From an uncultured virus (IMG/VR IMGVR_UViG_3300035034_002688) (lineage: Duplodnaviria; Heunggongvirae; Uroviricota; Caudoviricetes), in IMG/VR virus record IMGVR_UViG_3300035034_002688: DNA of 20,000 bases, one strand, 5' to 3'. The notes below the pieces were generated by a model. The model worked only from the letters and a program-made list of their open reading frames with translations, was not told the origin of the DNA and ran no database searches. The number at the start of each line of letters is the position of its first letter. Position 1 is the first letter of the stretch. Shown piece after piece: positions 8,487 to 18,000 of the stretch. A program made the translations under genes and the position numbers.

Positions 8487-8531
8487 TTGTCTTGCACACT
8501 CTATATACCACAAGCATGGTGGTTCGTAAAA
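8487..8531 (-). promoter_or_regulatory. Repeated promoter-like motif, copy 1
   Basis: TTTTAC-N11-CTTGTGGTATATAGAGTGTG; 8487-8514 matches 9128-9155 at 27/28 nt. Confidence 0.7.
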
Positions 8532-8767
8532 GCCATCACGCGTTGGTAGGTCTTTTGAACCTCCTCCACAAGCCTTCGACAGTAGGCTCTCTCAAGGTCA
8601 GCGTCGCTAGCCTCTGGAGGAAGATCCAAGGTCTCGTCGGACCGCAAGGCGGCGAGGAGGAGCTGGCTCGAAGGATTCTGCCTAATGTAGTGCTGGTAGA
8701 AGTCTCCAGGGACGTCGTGACTCCTCAGAGCTGCCAAGGCCTTCTTGTAGTTTTCAGAATCGGCCAT
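8501..8767 (-). CDS. Hypothetical protein (88 aa)
   Basis: ATG 8767 with GGGAG RBS, helical-looking sequence; its stop codon lies inside the promoter-like motif. Confidence 0.65.
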   Translation of the reverse strand: MADSENYKKALAALRSHDVPGDFYQHYIRQNPSSQLLLAALRSDETLDLPPEASDADLERAYCRRLVEEVQKTYQRVMAFTNHHACGI

Positions 8768-8791
8768 CCTATACTCCCAGTCGCAAGGGGC

Positions 8792-9103
8792 TCAGTTACC
8801 GGCACGAGCGATGCGCCTATGGGCGAACTCCCAGGTGGGGCGGGTCACCCGAGGCATGAGGTCCTTTGCGGCGGCGAAAAACGCCTCGAAGGCCTCTTGC
8901 CCGGAACAGTTCAACTCTATGTCGTGGTCTTCCCACAGCTCTTCGATGATGCTCTCTCCGAACTCAGATTGGGACAGACCCTCGCCGGGGTCGAGTCGCC
9001 AGTCCGAGCACATGGCGCGGAGCCCAACGTTGGCACTCCGGTCGCTTCCTCGCACGCCGAATGCGTGCTGTATCTTCTGGATCAATTCGGCTTGGTGGTT
9101 CAT
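8792..9103 (-). CDS. Hypothetical protein (103 aa) with acidic core
   Basis: ATG 9103 (MNHQAELIQK...) with GAGAGGAG RBS, downstream of promoter-motif copy 2. Confidence 0.75.
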   Translation of the reverse strand: MNHQAELIQKIQHAFGVRGSDRSANVGLRAMCSDWRLDPGEGLSQSEFGESIIEELWEDHDIELNCSGQEAFEAFFAAAKDLMPRVTRPTWEFAHRRIARAGN

Positions 9104-9127
9104 GAGGTCTCCTCTCGGGTCGGTGTG

Positions 9128-9180
9128 TTGTCTTACACACTCTATATACCACAAGAGAGGTGGGAGGTAAAAAGAATCTC
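9128..9180 (-). promoter_or_regulatory. Repeated promoter-like motif, copy 2
   Basis: GAGATTCTTTTTAC-N11-CTTGTGGTATATAGAGTGTG; shares GAGATTCTTTTTAC with copies 3 and 4, and its downstream part with copy 1. Confidence 0.75.
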
Positions 9181-9191
9181 CCCCCGGACGT

Positions 9192-9587
9192 TCAGGCCTT
9201 GCGCCGCTCCATGGCCAGAACAGCCTCACGGTCGATGCGCTCGGACTGGCGGGCCTTGAGGTAGGCACGAGCGCGGGTCACCACTGCGAGGGTCGGGTGC
9301 TTCTTGCACGCGAAGAACAGGACCTCCACGATCACCGGGTCTTCGAGTCGCACGGTGTCGCACGCGTCGAGGACCGTCTTGGAGAGCATGAGCGTCACCA
9401 GATCCTCATCCAGGACCTGAGGATCAAGGACCGCGCGAAGGCACAGCATCACCAGCTCACGGGGGTCTCCCAGGGCGAACTGTATCGTCGCCTCCGAGAA
9501 GTTCAAGGCGTCGGGCTTGACCATGCTCGACATGACGTCATGCAGGCTATCAGGAGAGAGGGATGCTTTGGCTCGGAGTAGTGCCAT
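9192..9587 (-). CDS. Hypothetical alpha-helical protein (131 aa)
   Basis: ATG 9587 with AAGAGG RBS; Leu/Ala-rich; no recognised motif. Confidence 0.7.
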   Translation of the reverse strand: MALLRAKASLSPDSLHDVMSSMVKPDALNFSEATIQFALGDPRELVMLCLRAVLDPQVLDEDLVTLMLSKTVLDACDTVRLEDPVIVEVLFFACKKHPTLAVVTRARAYLKARQSERIDREAVLAMERRKA

Positions 9588-9616
9588 GGGTACTTCCTCT
9601 TACTTGATTTGGTAGG

Positions 9617-10018
9617 TCAGGAGTTCTTGACAGCGGCTCGAATCAGCTTGCGCATGCCGACGACGCCCTTGATGCCCTTGCGACCGCGACACGCTGCGAA
9701 GAATCGCTCGACATGTACGGACCGGTCCTTCCCCTGCAAGGACGCACAGGCCTCGATCAAGACCTCATTGGTGAAGAGCCCCATGAGCACGGCCTGATCC
9801 GCATCCTCATCGCGCATCAAACGCGTCGCCGCCTCCACAAGCTCCAGGGACGTCAGCTCGGGCAACGGTTGAAAGAGGTCAACCGTGCTGGTCAGAGTCT
9901 GTAGAGCTGCATGCACCAGCGTGGCCGGAGACAGACCCGTCTTCTGCTGGAGCGAGGAGAGGAGTTGCTGCACCTCTGAGGGCAGCGTGAGAGAGACGAG
10001 AGGTTCTTTGGCAGACAT
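9617..10018 (-). CDS. Putative DNA-binding protein with N-terminal ribbon-helix-helix (CopG/Arc-like) segment (~133 aa)
   Basis: LVSLTLPSEVQQLLSSLQQKTGLSPATLVHAAL fits the RHH pattern (alternating hydrophobic strand, helix, G-x-S turn, helix). Start is ATG 10018 or TTG 10024; RBS is weak. Confidence 0.55.
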   Translation of the reverse strand: MSAKEPLVSLTLPSEVQQLLSSLQQKTGLSPATLVHAALQTLTSTVDLFQPLPELTSLELVEAATRLMRDEDADQAVLMGLFTNEVLIEACASLQGKDRSVHVERFFAACRGRKGIKGVVGMRKLIRAAVKNS

Positions 10019-10089
10019 GGGCAACTCACGGCTTGAGGGAGGTTCTCAAAGGGTATCTTGCTCGGGCGGTGACCCTGCAAGTGAGACTC

Positions 10090-10119
10090 CTTATAGAACG
10101 CTTTACTCAAGGCCGTCAA
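10090..10119 (-). promoter_or_regulatory. Putative sigma70-like promoter at the island's upstream boundary
   Basis: TTGACG (10119-10114), 18 nt, TATAAG (10095-10090), immediately after the stop of the 1276-aa gene. Confidence 0.5.
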
Positions 10120-10125
10120 GTGCTA

Positions 10126-13100
10126 TTAGGGGAAGTTGACAGGAGTGGTAAAGTCGATGTTGGTGTCCACGCTCGTGATGCTGTTGGCCGTGAAGATCAC
10201 GGAGTCGGGCTCTCCCACCTGCGCGACGGGAGCATTGAGCGTAGCCTTGAGGTTGTTCAGGAGACTCGATCCGTAGAAGTCCGAGTACACGCTCGCCCCT
10301 CCCGTGAGAGCTTCATCCGTCACCGCACCCAGCGCATCCTCTTCGACCACCTCACACTCGACGAGGACGGCCGCGCTCAGGCACAGGAGGTTGGCTCCTG
10401 GAGTGTTGAGCACGGTGTCCACGTCATTCAGGTGCAGGATCTGCCCACGATGGCGAAGGTAGTCGTCCTGCTCCGGGATCGTGTAGACGTCCTCGTAGGG
10501 GTCCAGGAGGGCGATGTCGCACAGGCTGTCACACGCTGCGGAGAGGAGCCCGGTAGTCCCGAGGACAGACTCGGAGCACAGATCAAGCGATGCCAGGAAG
10601 GCGTCCGCGTCCCGTCGAAAGACGACCGTAACGCCATCCTCCGTGATCGCATAATCACCGTTCCCCAGGAGACGGTCCAGCGGGTCGTTGAGCGTGTCGT
10701 CAAACTCCTCCGTCGCTGTGAACGTCGCTTGGTGGGTGAGCGCGAACGGAGGCGTCCCCTCTCCCAGGCGGATCACCGGGCGGTTGTTCTTGAGGTACGC
10801 CTTGGTGTACGGCTTGCGATGAAAGAGAGTGACCTTGAGCGCGGTCTCCAGGTCCGTCAGCGGAGTCGCGAGCGTGATCTCGTTGGTGTCGCGGTCATAG
10901 GTGAACGTATAGCTCGTGAGACCGTCCTGAGAGGTCACTGAGAGGATGCGGTCTGCAAACATGCCGACCTGACCCACCCGCAAGATCTGGGACGTGTAGG
11001 GCGTGATCTCGACGATCTCCGGGTCCAGGTCCTCGGTCGGCTCGGGGGAGGTGAGCGTGTTGGACTGGTTGAGGTACGCGTGGGGTAGCGTGCGCTGGTC
11101 TTCCCGCTGATTCACGATCTCGTAGCGTACGTAGTCCCACTGAGCCTCCGTGTAGGCCTGCGGGTCAAGCGTGCCGAACTGGATGTAGCCGAAGTCCGTG
11201 TCGACCCCCTCGCGGTCCGACCTCAGGGGCAAGTCGAGGTAGGGCACTGAGAGTGCCGGCGTTGCCGATCCTCCCAGGTACACGTCCACCGTCGACGTCG
11301 TGTGGACGCGGAGACGGACCTCCAAGAATGAGCCAAAGAACTCCGCGTCCTCCACGTCGTACTGGCTGGCGTCGAGCAGCGAACCGGACCCGGTGAGCAG
11401 GCCTACCTGACGAGGCTCGTGTGCCGCCTGATGAGCCACGAAGTAGTCGACCTCAAAGGTGCCTTGGCCGTCCAGGACACCAAAGCGTGCCGAGACGTCT
11501 GCCGACCCTGAAGCCGGAGCAACGAGCACGTCAATCAATCCCAGGTACACGCCGTCCACAAAGACCGTGAGGTTATCGCCTGTACGGACCATCTTGACGT
11601 TCTGGAGGCCTTCAACCTGCCAGTCATAGGTGAGGCCCACAACAGACCCACCGTCCAGTACAAGCGATCCTGCGCCGTCTACGAGTACGAGCTGAGGTGT
11701 GCCGTCGTCGTACGGGGCGAGGTAGATCTCAAACTCACCATCGTCCACGCCGAATCGCAACGGACACAGGCCGTCCACATCGAGCGTGTAGTCCAGAACA
11801 GAGAACCTCGTTTGGCATACCCAGTCGGTGATTGAGCCCTTGCCCACCTCTACCGCAGACGCATCCGCGAGCACGCCGTCATGCGTGATCCGCAAGCGAT
11901 GGTCTAGGTACGACAGCTCGTTGGGATCAAACGTCGAGGTGAAGCCCGCGTCCTCCGGGCTCGTCACTCCGCCGTAGCCGTACAGGAACGCGTCTCCGAT
12001 GATAGGTGCGTTGTAGCCGTTGAGGTAGCCCCTGGTCGCCAGGGAGATCGGGTTGACCTGCGACCAGAAGCCTTGAGTGAGCTTGGAGAGCGTATCCGCT
12101 CCCTGGAACTGCGCTGGGGTGCCTCCGTCGAAGAGGCTCACAACGGCCTCTCGGGTCGCGTCTGCCAGCGTCACCGTGGCAGCCAAGCCGCTCGCCCACG
12201 CGCTCACGCGCACGCGGAAGCTCACCTCGTACAGGTTGGATTCCTGGATGAACGGCTCAATGCGTACCCAGTTGTAGCCTCCACCCACAAGAGGTTGCCC
12301 GGCAGACTGCGACTGCACCAGTCCTCCTGCCAGCGTCCCCGCCCACCCCTGATTCTGTGAGACATACCAGGGGGGATCGTCCGCCTCCGGAAGCACCGTC
12401 ATGTCTGTATCAACCGAGACCCGACGTGCGACCTCTCGCCCTTGAGCAGGCAGGACCGAGTATCGAACGAAGTCCCAGCCCGACTCATTGACCGCGCGGC
12501 GCGAGAGCGACCCGAAGAAGACTGAGTTCTGACGCAGGAGAGAGAAGATCTCCGGTGCCACGGCCGCGTCGACTTCAGCCACGCGAGCCAGGGCCGGTGC
12601 GAAGCCGAATCCAAAGACCTCCAGGTCTCCGGTCGGGCTCTTCGCGGCGCGGTAGGAGGTCAACTGCGTGAAATCCGCTTCCACGAAGAGGTTCACAGGC
12701 CCAAGAGAAGGGAAGGCCACATCAACGGTCACGTCGTACCCGTCGACCCCTTCGTCGTCGACGTCGAGGACCGTATAGATCACGCCCTCGCTCCAGATAC
12801 GCGAGCCCACGATCAAGGGAGGCTCTCCCGTGAAGCGTAGGGACGTGTTGACTCCCAGGGGAGCCTCAACCGTTGCGGTCAAGCCGCTCCAGCTCTCCGC
12901 CAGGGTCTCATCCCCGGCTGACGTCAGCACTCCCACCGTACGGAAAGAGCCAGACAGCTCCAGGAAACCGGTCAGGTAGGCCCTCTCGGTGTCTGCCCAG
13001 CCCGCTCCGAGCCCCGTAAAGACTCCATCTGCCGTGTAGCTCAAGACACGCGTGCGCCAGTTGAGCGTTGAGGTCTGCTCAAAGGTCAGGTCGAGGACGC

Positions 13101-13956
13101 GGCGAAAGAGAGAGGCGAGCCCCTGAGAGTTGTCCACTCCTGTAGACACGTCCTCGATGATGTAGAGGCTGTCTGGCGAGGTGAACGCAGGCGCGCCGAG
13201 CGTGGGGCCCGTATAGGTGAAACCCTCCGGGTGGTCGTCACCCTCAAAGAACACGGCCGTGGGGAGCGTGTTTCGCTGGAACGGAGGCAAGGAGCCACGA
13301 AAAGACGGCTCGTTGAGCACGAGAGACGTGGGATCGTTCAGGACAGCGCTGTACTCATAGTCAAACGCCGTCCACTGGTGACCGATCACCTGCGGCTGGG
13401 GTGCTTCGTAGGGCGCCAGGACCGTCTGGAAGGGGAACGGGTGGCCTTGGGCGTTGGAGCCGTACTGGTTGAGCAGGTAGTTCGAGTTGTTGAGCGCTGC
13501 GAATGGGATGGTCGGGTTAGAGACGTAGCTGTAGTCGAGCAGGACCACATCCCCCGGATCAAGCAGGTCATCCAGGACGATGATACCGGCCACCGGGTCT
13601 ACAGCGAAGACCACGACCTCCACGCCATTGACCTGGACAGTCACGTCCTCGATGTCTGCAAGCTCACCGGAGCCGTCCCCCGTCGTCAAGGGGCCAAACT
13701 CGGTATAGATCAGCGTCGTCTCGAACGGCGTGATCGGCCCTCGGGAGATCAAGTACCCCGAGGTCGCCACGCTCATGAGGTCAACGTTCGCCCAGACACC
13801 ACGTGTAGGCAGAGAGGACCCCAGGGGCCCCGCGTTGAAGACCTCAACCGGAATCAGGGCCGCGAGCCCGGAGTCGGTCGCGGAGATCTTGGCCGCCGCC
13901 CCTTGCGGATTTGGCCTACGGTGGACCGTAGGGAAACTAAACGTCAAATCACTCAC
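10126..13956 (-). CDS. Large putative virion/baseplate structural protein (1276 aa)
   Basis: Very long acidic, beta-rich ORF; GTG start overlaps the TGA of the upstream gene (GTGA coupling); recurring LNxxxxxLN motifs. Confidence 0.75.
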   Translation of the reverse strand: MSDLTFSFPTVHRRPNPQGAAAKISATDSGLAALIPVEVFNAGPLGSSLPTRGVWANVDLMSVATSGYLISRGPITPFETTLIYTEFGPLTTGDGSGELADIEDVTVQVNGVEVVVFAVDPVAGIIVLDDLLDPGDVVLLDYSYVSNPTIPFAALNNSNYLLNQYGSNAQGHPFPFQTVLAPYEAPQPQVIGHQWTAFDYEYSAVLNDPTSLVLNEPSFRGSLPPFQRNTLPTAVFFEGDDHPEGFTYTGPTLGAPAFTSPDSLYIIEDVSTGVDNSQGLASLFRRVLDLTFEQTSTLNWRTRVLSYTADGVFTGLGAGWADTERAYLTGFLELSGSFRTVGVLTSAGDETLAESWSGLTATVEAPLGVNTSLRFTGEPPLIVGSRIWSEGVIYTVLDVDDEGVDGYDVTVDVAFPSLGPVNLFVEADFTQLTSYRAAKSPTGDLEVFGFGFAPALARVAEVDAAVAPEIFSLLRQNSVFFGSLSRRAVNESGWDFVRYSVLPAQGREVARRVSVDTDMTVLPEADDPPWYVSQNQGWAGTLAGGLVQSQSAGQPLVGGGYNWVRIEPFIQESNLYEVSFRVRVSAWASGLAATVTLADATREAVVSLFDGGTPAQFQGADTLSKLTQGFWSQVNPISLATRGYLNGYNAPIIGDAFLYGYGGVTSPEDAGFTSTFDPNELSYLDHRLRITHDGVLADASAVEVGKGSITDWVCQTRFSVLDYTLDVDGLCPLRFGVDDGEFEIYLAPYDDGTPQLVLVDGAGSLVLDGGSVVGLTYDWQVEGLQNVKMVRTGDNLTVFVDGVYLGLIDVLVAPASGSADVSARFGVLDGQGTFEVDYFVAHQAAHEPRQVGLLTGSGSLLDASQYDVEDAEFFGSFLEVRLRVHTTSTVDVYLGGSATPALSVPYLDLPLRSDREGVDTDFGYIQFGTLDPQAYTEAQWDYVRYEIVNQREDQRTLPHAYLNQSNTLTSPEPTEDLDPEIVEITPYTSQILRVGQVGMFADRILSVTSQDGLTSYTFTYDRDTNEITLATPLTDLETALKVTLFHRKPYTKAYLKNNRPVIRLGEGTPPFALTHQATFTATEEFDDTLNDPLDRLLGNGDYAITEDGVTVVFRRDADAFLASLDLCSESVLGTTGLLSAACDSLCDIALLDPYEDVYTIPEQDDYLRHRGQILHLNDVDTVLNTPGANLLCLSAAVLVECEVVEEDALGAVTDEALTGGASVYSDFYGSSLLNNLKATLNAPVAQVGEPDSVIFTANSITSVDTNIDFTTPVNFP

Positions 13957-15041
13957 GGCTCACGTACCATCGTGTAAGAGGTCAACTGGTTGTCGGGATT
14001 GTAGACCGCCACGATCGTGTAGGTCTCCGAGACGTTGGTATCCGCCAGCACGTCGGCCCTTGAGGGGTACAGTCTCACCGTCGCCCCCGTCAAGTTGTTG
14101 CTGCCGTCGTACGTCTGCCCCGTCAAGCTGAAGTTCTCATGGGTGAGTCCCAGGATGCGCGTCGTCGCCTCCGTGATCGCATCCACCTTCCCATCAAGGG
14201 CCGTGACGTCACCCTGAAGCGTCGTCACGTCCGTAGTCAGCGTCCCAACGTTCGTAGTCAGCGTGCTGACGTCTGTTGAGATCGCGGCTACGTCCGTTGA
14301 GAGCGTCCCCAGGTCCGTACCGGTGTTGGCACTCAAGACCTGCAAGGAGTCTGTGAGCGTATCAAAGCCCGCGCCTTGGATGTCCGTGACCTCCAGCGCG
14401 AGAGCATCGACCTTCCCATCGGTCGTGGCGATGTCCAGAAGAGCCGTGTCGACGTTGCCGTCCACGACTGCGAGATCTGAGGTCAGAGTGTCGACCTTGC
14501 CGTCCGTGGTCGCAAGGTTCGTGAGGACTGTATCGACCTTGCCGTCCGTAGTCGCAATGTCCGTGAGGACCGTAGCGATGTCCGTGAGGACCGTATCGAC
14601 CTTACCATCGGTAGTCGCGAGGTCAGTGAGGAGGGTATCAACGTTGGCATCCACGACCGCAAGATCGGTGAGGACCGTATCGACCTTACCATCCGTGGTC
14701 GCAACCTGAGCGCTCACGTCGTCCAGGACGTTGGCGGCGATGCTCGCGGAGAGGTTGTACTGGTCGAAGGTGCCCAGAGCCAGAGGGTCCTTGAAGGAGA
14801 TCACCAGGAGGCCGAGCGTGTCGGTCTCCCCGGCTCCCAGATCCACGGCGTAAATCCCCGGCATGTTGGCCGCGCTCAGCTCCGTGAAGTTGAGACCCGT
14901 CAAAGCAAACGCAGCCGGGACGCCTCCGTCCTTGGATACGTAGGCCTCCACGTCTGTGTCGGTGAGCCCCGTTACAGACGTGCCGCCTGCTGCCAGAATG
15001 ATCACCACAGTCGCGGCGGTGGATTGCTTAAGCTGAAGCAT
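13953..15041 (-). CDS. Putative fibre/whisker-like virion protein (362 aa) with heptad-repeat stalk
   Basis: GAGGAG RBS; N-terminal domain (ELSAANMPGIY), long 7/14-aa repeats (TTDGKVDTVLTD(L/I)A), and a C-terminal domain paralogous to the 1157-aa protein. Confidence 0.75.
   Translation of the reverse strand: MLQLKQSTAATVVIILAAGGTSVTGLTDTDVEAYVSKDGGVPAAFALTGLNFTELSAANMPGIYAVDLGAGETDTLGLLVISFKDPLALGTFDQYNLSASIAANVLDDVSAQVATTDGKVDTVLTDLAVVDANVDTLLTDLATTDGKVDTVLTDIATVLTDIATTDGKVDTVLTNLATTDGKVDTLTSDLAVVDGNVDTALLDIATTDGKVDALALEVTDIQGAGFDTLTDSLQVLSANTGTDLGTLSTDVAAISTDVSTLTTNVGTLTTDVTTLQGDVTALDGKVDAITEATTRILGLTHENFSLTGQTYDGSNNLTGATVRLYPSRADVLADTNVSETYTIVAVYNPDNQLTSYTMVREP
14195..14705 (-). repeat. 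Imperfect 21/42-bp coding tandem repeats (coiled-coil heptads)
   Basis: Recurrent GTGAGGACCGTATCGACCTTACCATC-like units encoding DGKVDTVLT and LTTDV repeats; boundaries approximate. Confidence 0.75.
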
Positions 15042-15058
15042 AGAGGCTCCTCAAGAGT

Positions 15059-18000
15059 TCAGGCGCGGCGGATAGAGTAATCATCGAGTCGGTTGGACAC
15101 GTCATACACAGCCTCAAGTACGTAGGAGGCGATCGCGTTCGTCTCGTTGGCCACGTCTACAGCGGTGGGATAGGTGCGGATCGTGGCACCGATGAGGTTA
15201 CCTGAGCCATCATACGCGTGGTCCGTGATCCTAATGTTCTCCTGGCTGAGTCCCAGGATGCGAGTAATGAGGATCTGAATCTCCCCAAGGTCCGTCGAGA
15301 TCGCCCCAACGTCCGTGGTCAGGGTCCCAACGTCCGTGGTCAGCGTTCCCACATCGGTTGAGATCGTTCCTACCTCCGTGGTCAGCGTCCCCACATCCGT
15401 GGAGAGCGTCCCCACGTCTGTTGAGATCGCCGTCACATCACCCTGAACGGCGGTGAGGTCCGTCTGAACCGTCCCCACATCCGTGGAGAGCGTCGAGATC
15501 GCCGTGGACTGCGTGTCCGCGCCGTCACTCAGGATCTTGAGCGAGTCTGTCGCCGTGTTGAAGCCCGCACCCTGTATGTCCGTCAAGGCGTCCGTAACGG
15601 GGGAAAGATCCACCGCAGCACCTGACGTGACCCGATAGCGCAGGGTCACGGGATCTATCGCCGCCGAGAGTGCGTCAATGCGCAGGATGTAGACGTCACC
15701 ATCGGACTGTCCCGTGGCCCATAGCACTCCGTTGGCGCCATCAATCGAGTCCAGATCCGCGACGGGAGGTCCTGCCGTGATCGCATCCACTACGCCCGAA
15801 GACTGCCACGTCGTGCCGCCATCCTGCGTATACAAGACCACCCCCGCAGCTCCCACGACCCACGCCTGCGTGGTCGACACCGCGATCACCCCGTTGAGGG
15901 TAGTCGCCACTCCGGAGGTTTGAGCGCTGAAGCTCGCGCCTCCGTCCACCGTCTTGAAGATCTGCCCGTTCTGCCCCACGACCCAACCCGTCAAGGTACC
16001 AGACACGAAGTCCACGTCGGTAAGAATGTCTGTGGTTGGCATGGGGACTGTCGCCCACGACGCACCCGAGTCATCACTGCGAATCGCGAATCCGTCCGTG
16101 GTGCCATCGTTACCAACTGCCAGGATGGTCCCGGAGAGCTGAGCATCAATGCCCGTGAAGAACTGGCCGAAGGAACCCAAATCCCCTTCATTGTAGAGCA
16201 CGACCTGGAGGTTCGCATTCACCGTTCGATCGACGACGACCACGTTACCTCCCGCGACTCCATAGAAGAGCTGCGTAGAGGGCGCGGCCATGTCTCGAAT
16301 TGACGCGAAGACCGCAAACGAATCCTCCGTGGCGAGATCAAAGTTAGCTCCTGCGTCGTCTGAGAACGAAATGTAAGGCTGGCCCGAGTCCTCCCCGCCT
16401 ACCAGGAGGAAGTCCGTACCAGGGACACCCTGAACACAACGGTCCGTGAAGTTGACCCCCCCAAGGCTTGTCCAGGCCGTACCGCCATTGATAGTCGAGA
16501 TAACCTCTCCACCTCCAAAGCCGTTGCCCCTCGCGATGTACGCGACCGTATTGGAGACCGCGTACACGCCATTGCCTGAATCCTCCACGCCCCCAGGATC
16601 GGACTGCTGCTCCGCGTTCGTGATCGCCAGACCTCCAGCTCGAAGATCAAGCACGAGGTCTCCCGCGACGTTCGTATCCCCCACGCCCAAGGTGACGGAG
16701 TACCAACCGGGAAGCGCCGCGTCGTCCAGCTCCGTCAACGTCGTGTTGACCGTGTTGACCGCCGAAGCCCCCGCCTTGAACAGAAGGCTCGTGAGGGCGG
16801 ACCCGCTTACGCCCGTGTTCGGCTCCCCGTCTCGGGAGAGGTAGAGCGTAGACACGTGCTCAGTCTCAATATCCAGGACGTACCCAGGACGCTGACGAGA
16901 CAGCTCCGCTCGGAGCGTGCCGATCACCGTATCAAGGGCGCTTGCCGGCTCCAGCTCCACCCACAACCTCGCCGCGTCGAAGTCTGCCGCCTGCTTACCC
17001 AGCTCCAGCCTGTCACCTGTGTTCGCTTGCGGCAAGAAGACCGCCGAGTCTGCCACGTACGTGTCCTGAATCGTCAGGCCAATCGCGGCCGCCTCAGGAG
17101 GTACGCTAAAGGTCGCGCCCGCGTCATTGGTGTAAATGAGCGTACCCGACTCGCCCACCACATACGCCTCAGTCGCGCTGACCATGTGCACGCCGGTCAA
17201 GGCCTGAACCGTGCCCGTGTTGGCCGTCACGTCCGTCCAGTTGTCTCCAGTATCGGTCGTGTAGATCACCGTTCCGTTGTCGCCCACCGCGAATCCCGAA
17301 CCCGAACCCGGAAACAGATGCACGGCTCGAAGGCCGTCAACAGCCGGGAGGACTGAGGGTGCAACCAGAGCGAACCCTCCCGTAGCGCGCCGGACATACG
17401 CTGCGCCGCCGCCCGTCTCCCCAACCAGCACGATCGAGTTGGAGGTAGGCACGTCCACGTCATAGACCTCAATACCCACGTGCGTCGAGCTGGCGGACAA
17501 GATCGGGGAGAAGAACGCCCCCTGATAGAGAATCCCATCGCCCCCGGCAGTCTGGCCGATCACGAAGAAGGCCGTACCTCCCGGCTGAACCGCACAACGC
17601 CGCGTCGTCGTGAGGGTCGCGGGAGCAAAGAAATCAACAGCCTCCGTCCAGGTCTCCCCGCCGTCTTCCGTGTAGTACGCAAATCCCAGGTCGCCGTTTG
17701 ACTCCCACGCCGCGACCACGATGCGGTCCGGATCTTCTACGTCACCAGCTACACCAGAAGGCCTCTTCGTGAAGCCGCCACCCGATCGAAACTCGATGTT
17801 GGTGAAGGTATCCCCACGGTCCGACGAGAAGGCCACCTGATCCGTATCAAAGAAGTCCGTCACCCAGACGTCCACGGCATTGCGCGTACGGGAAGCCGCC
17901 CACACCGACGTTGCCGAGGTCAACGAGTAGCCAAGGTCCACCAGATCACGTGGGATCGGGTTCAGTGGCCGCACCTGCGTCACGACCGTTCCCGGCTCCT

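Noticed and set aside
8134..10018. Recognisable cas genes (cas1/2/3/5/6/7/8/11) next to the array
   Set aside because: No Cas6 Gly-rich loop, HD/helicase, Cas1 or Cas2 motifs visible; remote homology cannot be excluded without structure searches.
9892..10119. 75-aa minus-strand ORF with AAGGAG before an internal TTG
   Set aside because: Overlaps the RHH-like gene out of frame, has Ser/Cys/Arg-rich non-protein-like composition, and its start region coincides with a promoter.
13953..15600. Diversity-generating retroelement TR/VR pair in the similar C-termini of the two fibre genes
   Set aside because: Similarity is protein-level paralogy with differences at all bases, not adenine-specific; no reverse transcriptase in the window.
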